Below, piece after piece: positions 37,050 to 45,711 of a DNA stretch of 64,000 nucleotides (position 1 is its first letter; each line of letters opens with the position of its first letter). Location: contig JBBQAZ010000002.1 of assembly GCA_038316995.1 (NCBI GenBank), positions 19-64,018 on the forward strand. The letters run 5' to 3'. Both the position numbers and the translations under genes were made by a program. This DNA is from Candidatus Saccharimonadales bacterium (lineage in GTDB: Bacteria > Patescibacteriota > Saccharimonadia > Saccharimonadales > JAXHNE01). The notes beneath the pieces were generated by a model. It was not told the origin of the DNA and searched no databases. It saw only the letters and a list, made by a program, of their open reading frames with translations.

Positions 37050-37619
37050 TTATTTTTTGTCTTCAGAACCTTTAATTGCAGACTCGATAACGTCTCGGGG
37101 GAGTGCTGCAGATGCTAGAAGCGCATCCTTGGCAGTATTAACTGCATCGCCACCGACTGAGGTTGCAGCTTCCATGACACCGCCAACCGCAGACTGTGCT
37201 GCTTCAGCTGTATCTTCTCCAACATCACCAGCTGCCTTAATTGCTCCAGAAACGGCCGCAACTGCCGCTGCACCAATGTCTCCACCGGTTTCTGCGGTAC
37301 CTTTTACAAGACCTTGAGCAGCACCAAATACAGAGCCCATGACGTCGCCACCTACAGATGAAACACCTTTGATGACGCCGCTCATTGTGCCAGTGACAGT
37401 TTCTGTCAAAGATGCCCCAACATCACCAGCAGCTTTTGCAGAGCCACTCGCCACAGAAGCTACTGCGTCTACAGTCGAACTTGCAACTTCGCCTGTTCCA
37501 CTTATGACGTTAACTACTTGGTCTTTAACTGTTGTCGTCACCGATCCGACGATATCGCCGGTGCCTTTTATTGCAGCTGATACTGCGTTCGTTGCTTCGT
37601 TAATAATTTTATCAATCAT
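37050..37619 (-). CDS. Gly/Ala/Val/Ser/Thr-rich repeat protein (LEA-like, probably disordered or amphipathic)
   Basis: AGGAG SD lies 6 nt before the ATG at 37619. Iterated GxGD(V/I)(G/A)xS and KGxxxxGGD motifs. The + strand ORFs over it are compositional shadows. Confidence 0.6.
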   Translation of the reverse strand: MIDKIINEATNAVSAAIKGTGDIVGSVTTTVKDQVVNVISGTGEVASSTVDAVASVASGSAKAAGDVGASLTETVTGTMSGVIKGVSSVGGDVMGSVFGAAQGLVKGTAETGGDIGAAAVAAVSGAIKAAGDVGEDTAEAAQSAVGGVMEAATSVGGDAVNTAKDALLASAALPRDVIESAIKGSEDKK

Positions 37620-37750
37620 AAAGTCTCCTTTGTTTAATTACCATCTATAGTTTACCAGCTGAAAAGCTGCGTGGCCAATACAACAGGTACAGGACTCTCT
37701 ATCTCAGCCGATTTAAAGATCAACTAATATACTCATGTAAGTATTCTTTA

Positions 37751-38326
37751 CTAGTGTTTTATAAGTGGGAGTTCAACAAGTGGTAAGCCAGCAGCGTCTG
37801 CTAATTCACGAATTTGCTCTTTACTGAAGGGTGTTTCTTCTGTTGGATCTTGTGGTTCAACCCAAAAAAACGCTTGGGCAGAAATTTCTTTAGCTCTCAA
37901 GAGGACTTCATTATGGTCATGTATTTGCGTTGATTCCATGAGTTTATCAGGGTCTTGAACTGGATAATTCTGAACTATTTCATCATATGTTTTGTCCTGT
38001 GTGTAAATGTCACGGTAGTTCGTGGCTAAAATACTCGATTCTGGTGCTGAAAGTATAAGTCCGTGGCAAGCAGACGTCCCCTGGAACAACACGGGGTGAT
38101 CCTGATCTACGAGACTACTCGATAAAGTTTCCATTTTGTTCAGGATTGAGCAGTTATTAACAAGATATTCTACAGGTTCGGCATCTAGATTCAGTGGGTC
38201 CGTTACGCCACTGTCGATATGCAGTAAGAATCTAAAAGATGTCGGGTCAAAGTCTAAAGGATTAGATAGATTGCCCCAAACAGGGACTGTATCTTGTTCG
38301 TGACTGATTTGTAGATTTTCGTTCAT
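37751..38326 (-). CDS. hypothetical protein (191 aa)
   Basis: ORF only; acidic, no motif recognised. Confidence 0.5.
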   Translation of the reverse strand: MNENLQISHEQDTVPVWGNLSNPLDFDPTSFRFLLHIDSGVTDPLNLDAEPVEYLVNNCSILNKMETLSSSLVDQDHPVLFQGTSACHGLILSAPESSILATNYRDIYTQDKTYDEIVQNYPVQDPDKLMESTQIHDHNEVLLRAKEISAQAFFWVEPQDPTEETPFSKEQIRELADAAGLPLVELPLIKH

Positions 38327-38463
38327 TTTGATTTTTAATTAACATCTATATTATATATACTTAATAGATATTTGTCAAGTAGCTTTGTTGAAATCAAACA
38401 TTGACTAGGGGTGTTTAATCTGTTAATTTATAGATTGCTATTTGCTATCATGCAGATTGATAT

Positions 38464-38538
38464 CGCGGGGTAGAGCAGCGGCAGCTCGTGTGGCTCATAA
38501 CCACAAGGTCGGAGGTTCGAGTCCTCCCCCCGCTACCA
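38464..38538 (+). tRNA. initiator-type tRNA-Met (CAT)
   Basis: CGCGGGG...CCCCGCT acceptor with a C1xU72 mismatch, A11:U24 in the D-stem, CTCATAA loop, GGAGG-TTCGAGT-CCTCC T-arm, encoded CCA. Only two of the three canonical G:C pairs are in the anticodon stem. Confidence 0.85.
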
Positions 38539-38697
38539 AGGTTTGGTTATCTCATTCGTGAGGTAAGCAAACCTTTTTTAGTTGTGTTAGACTCGAACCG
38601 AAAGGCGAAAACAGCCAGTGGCTGTTTGAGTTTTCCTTGCTTGGCCGAGCGAGATGCTTTAGCTCTCGAGCGAGCAAATTTAGGCGAGTCCTCCCCC
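38532..38697 (+). repeat. tRNA-linked 166-bp unit, copy A
   Basis: Hand alignment to 41445-41610 gives 6 substitutions and no indels. Starts in the last 7 nt of tRNA-fMet and ends in gagtcctccccc, the 5' half of the tRNA T-loop/acceptor segment. Confidence 0.9.
38540..38579 (+). terminator. hairpin + T-run directly after tRNA-fMet (part of repeat unit A)
   Basis: GGTTTG-gttatctcattcgtgaggtaag-CAAACC followed by tttttt. Confidence 0.6.
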
Positions 38698-38757
38698 GGT
38701 TTATAAAAATATGAGACAAAATTGAAGAAGCTCAGCTTCTATCATATCCAAATATTA

Positions 38758-39369
38758 CTAAACTTTGTCGAATATTTTGAACAATGGCTGGAAATCTTCA
38801 GATTTTACAAATATCGTTATTTCATTAAAAGTTGAAACGAGCTCCACAATAGTGATTCCGCTTGCTGCAATGTCCAGAAGAATTGTTGCATACACTGCAT
38901 GAATTTCTGAACTATTTATTGGTAAACCAAGACAAAGAGCAGATAGCTTAGTGATTTTTCTTAGCTGGGACTTTTTACTCAGTAATTTTTCATCCTCCGA
39001 ACTAATAATTATGGTATGTTCGTTCGTTCCTGTAGTTTGTACGAAATATCTAACTGAATCTGCTACAGTTTCTGCGCCTGTGTGTCCTCTAATATAGTTA
39101 AGCGCACTGAGATTATGATAGGAGCCATTGATTTGAATATTCTGAGGTTTTAGAAAAGCACCGACTACGTCTTTGGAAGATTTAGTAGAATATCTTCTTA
39201 GCGCCATCGAAATACTCTCAAGATTAACTTTTTGGCCTAACTGAGTTTCGATATTACTCCGAAAGAATTTAGCTACTGCTCTAATATTTAACATATCAGA
39301 GGTTAATAAGACTGCAATAAGTGGGTTTTTATCAAGTTCTACTCTTGTGAGTTCGGATATAGTTTTCAT
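38758..39369 (-). CDS. hypothetical protein with ACT-like C-terminal region
   Basis: ORF 38758-39459; ATG at 39369 (MKTISELT) preferred. The C-terminal GITIVELVSTFNEITIFVKSEDF resembles an ACT fold. Weak call. Confidence 0.4.
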   Translation of the reverse strand: MKTISELTRVELDKNPLIAVLLTSDMLNIRAVAKFFRSNIETQLGQKVNLESISMALRRYSTKSSKDVVGAFLKPQNIQINGSYHNLSALNYIRGHTGAETVADSVRYFVQTTGTNEHTIIISSEDEKLLSKKSQLRKITKLSALCLGLPINSSEIHAVYATILLDIAASGITIVELVSTFNEITIFVKSEDFQPLFKIFDKV

Positions 39370-39481
39370 GTTATAAATATAACACATTCTGTAATATTTG
39401 CAATAAAACAACAAAAATTTTATAAATATTTTTAAATGTCTTATTGTTTCTTTGTGCAAATAATTAATAGGAGTGAAAGAA

Positions 39482-39955
39482 ATGAAATATAAAAGAGCTT
39501 TTCCGACTTGTAGAACTTCAAGAAGCCAAGAAGTACCAGATACATATAATGAATTGTTTTGTGAAGGGGAAATGCCTACACCTGATATGACAGATTTACT
39601 AAGGAGTCAGATCGAATCACACAGTGGAGACCCTGCTTCGGACGCATACTATGGCCCTATAGCAACGCACTCGATATACCTAGACACTCAAGAAATACCT
39701 TTACTTGGATGGCAGGAAGTAGTTCTAAGAAGGGTGAGGTTGAGGCAGCTTGGCTGGAACGCAATCAGTGGGGTGCTAGTAGATTCGTGGAGTAGACCAA
39801 TGGATTCACTTATGCGATTTTTAGACAGAAACCAGGAATCAAAAATCAGAGCAAACGAATTATTTCTTGGGCCTTATTGTTCCAGCGACGATATTCTCAA
39901 ACCTGGAATTATGGTTTATGACCCTATACTACATAAGCCAAATTCCACTCATTAA
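39482..39955 (+). CDS. hypothetical protein (157 aa)
   Basis: AGGAG SD lies 8 nt before the ATG at 39482. No motif recognised. Confidence 0.45.
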   Translation: MKYKRAFPTCRTSRSQEVPDTYNELFCEGEMPTPDMTDLLRSQIESHSGDPASDAYYGPIATHSIYLDTQEIPLLGWQEVVLRRVRLRQLGWNAISGVLVDSWSRPMDSLMRFLDRNQESKIRANELFLGPYCSSDDILKPGIMVYDPILHKPNSTH

Positions 39956-39991
39956 AATAGTGAATAAATAATCTAGAGAAAAGGAAATAAT

Positions 39992-40237
39992 ATGAGAAAT
40001 GAATACTATGAAGGCGTAGTGGTGTCTTGCGTGATGAACGTGAGCATGAACTGCATACCAGAAGGCACAGTAACACGCGAACAATATATGAGATATGGCG
40101 GGATGTTACTTAGAGGCAGAGCAGATGCACAGCCTATAGGTATTGTTGAGCCAGCAGAGGAACAATTAAAAGAGTTAATTGTGGATCAGGCACACGAGCT
40201 ATACGAAGGTGGTCGCCAAGATAGATGTTTAATTTAG
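39992..40237 (+). CDS. hypothetical protein (81 aa)
   Basis: AAGGAAA SD-like box precedes the ATG. No motif recognised. Confidence 0.4.
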   Translation: MRNEYYEGVVVSCVMNVSMNCIPEGTVTREQYMRYGGMLLRGRADAQPIGIVEPAEEQLKELIVDQAHELYEGGRQDRCLI

Positions 40238-40343
40238 TTGAGACAAGCTTGATTAATTTAACGAAATTAATCAGTCTGGCCACCACGCATATGACTGCAA
40301 AAAACAGAGGTTATTATCCTCTGTTTTTTGGTATAGTGACTAC

Positions 40344-40988
40344 ATGGATTCATTAATTCCATTTTACCAAGCTTTTCCAACACCTGGACATCCTAAAGGC
40401 GTACATTGCGTAGAAACTGCACTAAAGATGATTCTAGGCTATTTTGAGCCTGACCGGGAATATTCCATAAATGAGCTTGAAAAAATCACAGCGAAAAAAC
40501 CTGAAAAGGGTAGCTGGAGCTTTGATTGGTCAATATGGTTTGTTGCGCAAGGATATAATATAAAGCATTATTCTACTTTTGACTTTGAAGCATTCAAAAG
40601 AGACGGTGTTGAATATATACGACGTGATTACGGTGATGAAATAGCGGACTGGCAACTTACGAATTCTGACATAGGGCGCGCTAGGTCATTAGTAGATGAG
40701 TACTTAGAAAAAGTGGAAATTGTAAATCGCAAACCAACAATTGAAGACATACGATCAGAAATAAGTCAGAAGTCGGTTGTTAAGCCGATGGTGAATAGTA
40801 ACGTTTTAAATAATATGAAGGGCTACGAAGGACATTCAGTAGTAGTTCTAAATATAGACAATGAGTATATTTGGTTTCATGATCCTGGATTACCAGCATT
40901 TAAAAACAGAAAAATTAATCACGAAAAATTCCAAAGTGCCATGAATAGCTTCGGTGGTGAAATGGATGTAATAAGAAGGCCACGATGA
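40344..40988 (+). CDS. papain-fold cysteine peptidase, C39-like
   Basis: Candidate triad order Cys (GVHCVETALKMIL), His (YEGHSVVVL), Asp (WFHDPG), as in the Peptidase_C39-like family. Confidence 0.5.
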   Translation: MDSLIPFYQAFPTPGHPKGVHCVETALKMILGYFEPDREYSINELEKITAKKPEKGSWSFDWSIWFVAQGYNIKHYSTFDFEAFKRDGVEYIRRDYGDEIADWQLTNSDIGRARSLVDEYLEKVEIVNRKPTIEDIRSEISQKSVVKPMVNSNVLNNMKGYEGHSVVVLNIDNEYIWFHDPGLPAFKNRKINHEKFQSAMNSFGGEMDVIRRPR

Positions 40989-41389
40989 AAGATATTGAAT
41001 TTCTGAAAATGGCTGTTAATGAAGGTAACAAGGTAGAACAACCATATAATTTTGGTGCTGTTGTAGTTAAAGACGGAAAAATAATTGCATCCGAACACAA
41101 CCACGTCACAGAACAGCATAACCCCTTTCTTCATTCTGAAGTGTGTGCAATCATCGCAGCTTGCAAAGTATTAAAAACCCACCATATTGATGGGGCCGTT
41201 CTTTATTCAAGCCACGAACCCTGTACGATGTGTTTAAGTTGTGCTGCATGGGCGCATATAGACAGAATAGTGTTTGCAATTTCAGCAAAAGAACAAGATT
41301 TTAATTATGAATTCAAGAATCCTGATACTATGAATCTTTCAAAAAATTTAGTTAAGCCAATTAAAATAGAACACTTAATTTTGAGTTAA
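40985..41389 (+). CDS. CDA-fold zinc deaminase (TadA/GuaD/dCMP deaminase-like)
   Basis: HSEVCAI and PCTMCLSCAAWA zinc-binding motifs. Start overlaps the peptidase stop (ATGA). Confidence 0.75.
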   Translation: MKDIEFLKMAVNEGNKVEQPYNFGAVVVKDGKIIASEHNHVTEQHNPFLHSEVCAIIAACKVLKTHHIDGAVLYSSHEPCTMCLSCAAWAHIDRIVFAISAKEQDFNYEFKNPDTMNLSKNLVKPIKIEHLILS

Positions 41390-41444
41390 TAACTTCCAGC
41401 GACTTAACTCCTCAAGGATAATGTTCTAAGACGAAGCAACCTGG

Positions 41445-41610
41445 GCTACCAAGGTTTGGTTATCTCATTCGTGAGGTAAGCAAACCTTTTTTAGTTGTGT
41501 TGGACTCGAACCGATAGGCGAAAACAGCCGGGGGCTGTTTGAGTTTTCCTTGCTTGGCTGAGCGAGATGCTTTAGCTCTCGAGCGAACAAATTTAGGCGA
41601 GTCCTCCCCC
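41445..41610 (+). repeat. tRNA-linked 166-bp unit, copy B
   Basis: Direct repeat of 38532-38697. Begins with gctaccaagg, the 3' half of the tRNA end, preceded by unrelated aacctgg. Confidence 0.9.
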
Positions 41611-41620
41611 CGCTACCAAG
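41598..41620 (+). other. displaced copy of the tRNA-fMet 3' end (T-loop to CCA+ag)
   Basis: cgagtcctccccccgctaccaag is identical to 38518-38540. No 5' tRNA half precedes it. Confidence 0.85.
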
Positions 41621-41626
41621 AAAAGA

Positions 41627-41651
41627 GTCCATCCATGCGATGGGCTTTTTT
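41627..41651 (+). terminator. Rho-independent terminator (probable native tRNA-fMet terminator)
   Basis: GTCCATC-catgc-GATGGGC followed by tttttt. Confidence 0.65.
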
Positions 41652-41750
41652 CTTTTGTTTCGTAGATACGACGAGAACCAGATGCGTGATCGAAAGCGCT
41701 AACTTACTATTTCAATTCATCAAAATATAATCATTAGCTTTAGTCTTATT

Positions 41751-42818
41751 TCAAGCAGCCATCAAAACACCTTGAATTTGGCTGGTTGCAAGATCGCCAA
41801 GTGACCTCGGCAAATTAACCCCCCAACAGTGGTCTCCATTTTCAACTTTTACCGCCGTATGGTTTGTTTCGATGACATATTTTTGTAATTCTATCGGCGA
41901 ACAGATCGGGTCATCATCACCAAATGCAAACTCAATTTGGACAGATGGTACTTTTCGCTCTAGTGCCTCTACTCTATCTAGTAACTTTCCTCGAGTAAAA
42001 GAGAGCCACAAACTAAGGTTTATTGGCCTCCAGATTACGTCTTCGATGGTTTTCAGTTTGCTCGATAATTTCATAGCTAATGAGCCAATGTTCTCAGGAG
42101 TAAGTATAGAAAGCCCACTATTACGGATGTGCTCATCCATGTGTCTGCCTGAATTGGCAAATTTCTTAAGAATGCCAGGCATTGTGTCTTCGATTACTCC
42201 TGGCGAGTTTGAGACCAATCCTGCGATTACTTCACGATCTTTTGAAAGACTTAAAAGTATGTCAGGTGTCAAAAAAGCCGCAAGCGAATAACCAGCCGAT
42301 ATTACTCGTTCACTTTCTGGAAGCTCGTCTACGACAACTCTGGCGATTTTGTCGGTAATGGGGCTCAGTGAGCCACGGGCAAGTTTGATTTGTTCAAGAG
42401 GGCATAACGAGACATTAGACATCCTGCTGGCGCTCGCCGTCTGCAGGACCTGGGGTGTAACCCCATCGTTTCCTACTACGCCCTGAGCCCTCATTGATTC
42501 GAACATAAATTTTCCACGGAAACAGTTAATCTCTGATAAATCAGTTGCAAAAGGGTTTGCCATTACAACTACCGTTTCCGATGGCTCTTCGCCGTGAACA
42601 CAGAAGTCCAATCCGTGTCTAGAATGGGTAACTTCCGGTAGATCATCAAAAATTGCTTGTTTGCTACCAAACTTTGCAATGCCATTATAGATGTTGACGA
42701 GTTCTTGTACCGATTCTGGGGGTGGACGGTTTAGAAACTCGGTGATTTGACCAGGTTCGTTAGAAAAATTGGCAACAGATGACCCAGGATGTGATTCGGG
42801 ATTCATTATTGCAGTCAT
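41751..42818 (-). CDS. alpha/beta-hydrolase-like protein, hypothetical
   Basis: Nucleophile-elbow-like SAGYSLAA, later GDDDP and GDHCWG in Ser-Asp-His order. Weak call. Confidence 0.4.
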   Translation of the reverse strand: MTAIMNPESHPGSSVANFSNEPGQITEFLNRPPPESVQELVNIYNGIAKFGSKQAIFDDLPEVTHSRHGLDFCVHGEEPSETVVVMANPFATDLSEINCFRGKFMFESMRAQGVVGNDGVTPQVLQTASASRMSNVSLCPLEQIKLARGSLSPITDKIARVVVDELPESERVISAGYSLAAFLTPDILLSLSKDREVIAGLVSNSPGVIEDTMPGILKKFANSGRHMDEHIRNSGLSILTPENIGSLAMKLSSKLKTIEDVIWRPINLSLWLSFTRGKLLDRVEALERKVPSVQIEFAFGDDDPICSPIELQKYVIETNHTAVKVENGDHCWGVNLPRSLGDLATSQIQGVLMAA

Positions 42819-43093
42819 TTTTGTTTATTCTTGGTTTTTACGATTACTCAATTAATTTTATACAACTCATTCCAAACAAAACAACACAAATATTCATAAT
42901 CTCAAGAACCGCCCTGCTTATATCATTGATGATATATTCACCATACCTAAACCTCTATAAGTACAGTTAGAGTCCTGCTATTTGGGTCACTAGTAGGATT
43001 GGCCCCCTAGATTATTTACACTTCTATTATCGACTAATAAGTTAGCCGTATGACACAGAATTCAATGTTTTAGGTATCTTTCCCCAATAACTA

Positions 43094-45196
43094 TTACAAC
43101 TCTACCCGCCGCAGTAATTGGGCGTTTGCAGCGACAATGATCGTAGAAAGTGACATAACAGCTGCTCCAATTGCTGGGGAAAGCACAAATCCGGCAAATG
43201 ATAGTGCTCCTGCTGCGAGCGGTACGGCAAACAAGTTGTAGCCTGCCGCCCAGAACAAGTTTTGTACCATTTTAGCGTAAGTTTTCTTAGATAACTTTAC
43301 GATTTTACTTACGCCGCGTGGATCGCTACTTGCGAGCACGATTCCTGCAGACTCAATTGCAACGTCCGTACCAGCGCCAATTGCAATACCAATATCTGCT
43401 TGGGTGAGTGCCGGTGCGTCATTTACACCGTCACCAACCATGGCAACTTTAGACCCGTCGGATTGTAATTTTTTCACAACCTCAGACTTATCGCCAGGAA
43501 GTACTTCTGCATAATACTCGTCTAGTCCGAGCTTGGATGCAACCCATTTTGCAACACCTTCAGAATCGCCAGTCAGCATAGCAACTCGCTTACCGGTTTT
43601 CTGTAGTTCCAAAACGGCTTTTTTGGATTCTGGGCGAATAACATCGGCAATCATAAATGCACCAATTGTCTTTTTTTCTTCAATCAGGTAGACGATAGTT
43701 TGGCCATTTTTATGTGCTTGATCACTTGCTACTTTATATTTTTGGATTAGCTCTACGCCCTGTTCTTTGAGCATTTGCGGTCCACCAATAAAATATGTCT
43801 TTCCGTTTACTTTTGCTTTTGCACCACGACCTTCGAGTGCGCTGAAACCTTCTGCTTTATAAGCTTTGACTTTACTGTCTTTAGCATTCTGTACGATTGC
43901 TTTGGCGATTGGGTGTTCGGATTCGGTTTCTATAGCGGCAGAGATAGACAATAACTGCTGTTTGTCATCAGTAACGATATCTACCACTCCTTGTTCGCCT
44001 TTGGTAAGTGTCCCGGTTTTATCAAAAAGGACAACATCAATATTGCGAGCAGTTTCAAGCGCGGAACGCTCACGCACAAGTAGCCCTGCGCTTGCGGCTT
44101 TGCTGGTCGAGATAGCTGTTACTAATGGTATCGCCAAACCCAGTGCATGAGGACAGGCAATGATAAGCACCGCTACTACTCGTTCGAGTACAAAGTTTGT
44201 GTCGGCAGAACCGACCATGGACCAAACAATTGCTGTTATGGCTGCCGCAATGAGAGCGTAATAAAACAAATACTTTGAGGCGGTATCTGCAAGAAGCTCT
44301 GTTCTAGATTTGGTGGCTTGCGCATCAGAAACCAATTTCATGATTCCAGACAATGCTGTGTCGTCTCCAACTTTTGTGACTTTAATAGTTAGTGAGCCAT
44401 TCGTGTTTATTGTTCCCGCAATTACCTCGTCTCCAACTTCTTTATTAACAGCTTTCGATTCACCGGTTAGCAATGATTCATCTACCTTTGACCCCCCCTT
44501 AACAACCTCACCATCTGTTGGAATTGATGATCCTGGGCGGACCAAAACCTTGTCACCAACTTTTAATTCGCTAACTGATACTGTTTTACTACCGCTTTTG
44601 GTTAGTAGCTCCGCTTCATCCGGAAGTAGCTTTGCTAGTTCTTTTAACGCTCCTTGGGCGTTAGATATAGAAGCCATTTCCAGCCAGTGACCAAGCAGCA
44701 TAATTGTGATAAGGGTTGCCAGTTCCCACCAGAAACTCATTCCATTAACAATATTTAGGGTTATCAATGAGCTATAAACAAAAGCAACGGAAATTGCCAT
44801 AGATATAAGCGTCATCATGCCAGGTGTTTTGTTTGCTAGTTCGGCCCGTCCACTACGGAGGAATACCATGCCTCCATAAAAGAAAATTGATATTCCGAAG
44901 AACGCAGATATATAAGTACTTCCAGTAAATGTCGGTGCGCTGAAACTGAGTAGTGATTGAATTGTTTCGGAAAAGTAAAGAACTGGCAATGTTAATGCTA
45001 GCGATACCCAGAATTTTGTACGGAAAATATTGGGACTATGGCCGGCATGCTTGTCATGGTTGTGAGATTTATGGTTTGCATTAATTTTTTTCCTCTCTAA
45101 AGCCATGTGACAGTGCGGGCAGTCGCCGCGTTCATCCTTTATTACATCTGGATGCATGGGGCAGGTGTATTTTATCTCTGTTTCAGTACGCTTCAT
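43094..45196 (-). CDS. copB: copper-translocating P1B-type ATPase (CPH motif, CopB-like)
   Basis: N-terminal YTCPMHPDV...CPHCHMAL metal-binding domain, TGES, TM6 IIACPHALGLA, DKTGTLT, GDGVNDAPAL. Confidence 0.8.
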   Translation of the reverse strand: MKRTETEIKYTCPMHPDVIKDERGDCPHCHMALERKKINANHKSHNHDKHAGHSPNIFRTKFWVSLALTLPVLYFSETIQSLLSFSAPTFTGSTYISAFFGISIFFYGGMVFLRSGRAELANKTPGMMTLISMAISVAFVYSSLITLNIVNGMSFWWELATLITIMLLGHWLEMASISNAQGALKELAKLLPDEAELLTKSGSKTVSVSELKVGDKVLVRPGSSIPTDGEVVKGGSKVDESLLTGESKAVNKEVGDEVIAGTINTNGSLTIKVTKVGDDTALSGIMKLVSDAQATKSRTELLADTASKYLFYYALIAAAITAIVWSMVGSADTNFVLERVVAVLIIACPHALGLAIPLVTAISTSKAASAGLLVRERSALETARNIDVVLFDKTGTLTKGEQGVVDIVTDDKQQLLSISAAIETESEHPIAKAIVQNAKDSKVKAYKAEGFSALEGRGAKAKVNGKTYFIGGPQMLKEQGVELIQKYKVASDQAHKNGQTIVYLIEEKKTIGAFMIADVIRPESKKAVLELQKTGKRVAMLTGDSEGVAKWVASKLGLDEYYAEVLPGDKSEVVKKLQSDGSKVAMVGDGVNDAPALTQADIGIAIGAGTDVAIESAGIVLASSDPRGVSKIVKLSKKTYAKMVQNLFWAAGYNLFAVPLAAGALSFAGFVLSPAIGAAVMSLSTIIVAANAQLLRRVEL

Positions 45197-45261
45197 TTCA
45201 GCCTCCTTAAATACTGTTAAGTCGCATAGTTAAATATTTCAAATCGTTGGAAAGGCACATT

Positions 45262-45699
45262 TTAATGAACTTCGTGTTGCATTGGCGTAATTTCATGGTC
45301 TATATACCCCCAGTCTTTTTGCCATTGCTTCATATTGGCAATTTCTTTTGTTTGAGCAGAAATTATCTCTACTCCGAGTTGTTTAACTTCATCATGACTA
45401 GCACGGGCCGGAATAAGTTCAGCCATATCTACTGCACCCTCGTGGTGCGCAACCATCATCTCTATGAATGCTTTATCAAAAACATCACCCGATAGGGGCT
45501 CGAGTACCTTGTTCATATCAGCCATAGACATGCTGCTATGATCAGTTTCAGCTAATTGCGGAATTTCTTGGTAATTAATACCCATCATTCGCATCATTCC
45601 AGTGTTGTTACTGTTAACTGCTTGACCCGCAGCAAAGCCCGCAACTACAACTCCCAGCAGTAGACCGATAATTCCAAACATTGAATTTTCTTTGTTCAT
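45262..45699 (-). CDS. DUF305 domain protein (copper-associated)
   Basis: Signal anchor plus FDKAFIEMMVAHHEGAVDMA and EIISAQTKEIANMKQW, typical DUF305 helices. Confidence 0.75.
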   Translation of the reverse strand: MNKENSMFGIIGLLLGVVVAGFAAGQAVNSNNTGMMRMMGINYQEIPQLAETDHSSMSMADMNKVLEPLSGDVFDKAFIEMMVAHHEGAVDMAELIPARASHDEVKQLGVEIISAQTKEIANMKQWQKDWGYIDHEITPMQHEVH

Positions 45700-45711
45700 A
45701 AAAGCTCTCCT

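Noticed and set aside
37045-37650. Two plus-strand ORFs (90 aa and 103 aa) opposite the Gly/Ala-rich gene.
   Set aside because: They are Pro/Ala/Thr/Ser-rich mirror images created by the repeat composition, with no SD. The minus-strand gene has AGGAG at optimal spacing.
38581-38604. TTGACT (copy C) and TAGACT/TGGACT (copies A and B) as a -35 box driving transcription of the unit.
   Set aside because: No acceptable -10 hexamer lies at 16-18 nt in any copy.
38539-38697. Idea that the tRNA-linked unit is a tmRNA, standard or permuted, because it ends in a T-arm, acceptor 3' strand and CCA.
   Set aside because: No complementary 5' acceptor strand exists in or near any copy. No G3:U70 alanine identity is present. 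No tag-like reading frame ends in a stop (the frame giving ..DALALERANLGES stays open). The tail copies whichever tRNA is adjacent, which points to duplication or integration.
38488-38706. 72-aa ORF in the track running through the end of tRNA-fMet and repeat unit A. The similar ORFs 41539-41730 and 51684-51875 run over units B and C.
   Set aside because: They start inside tRNA or terminator sequence and have no SD. The reading frame is not preserved between the fMet copies and copy C. The conservation pattern (stems with variable loops) fits nucleic-acid function rather than coding.
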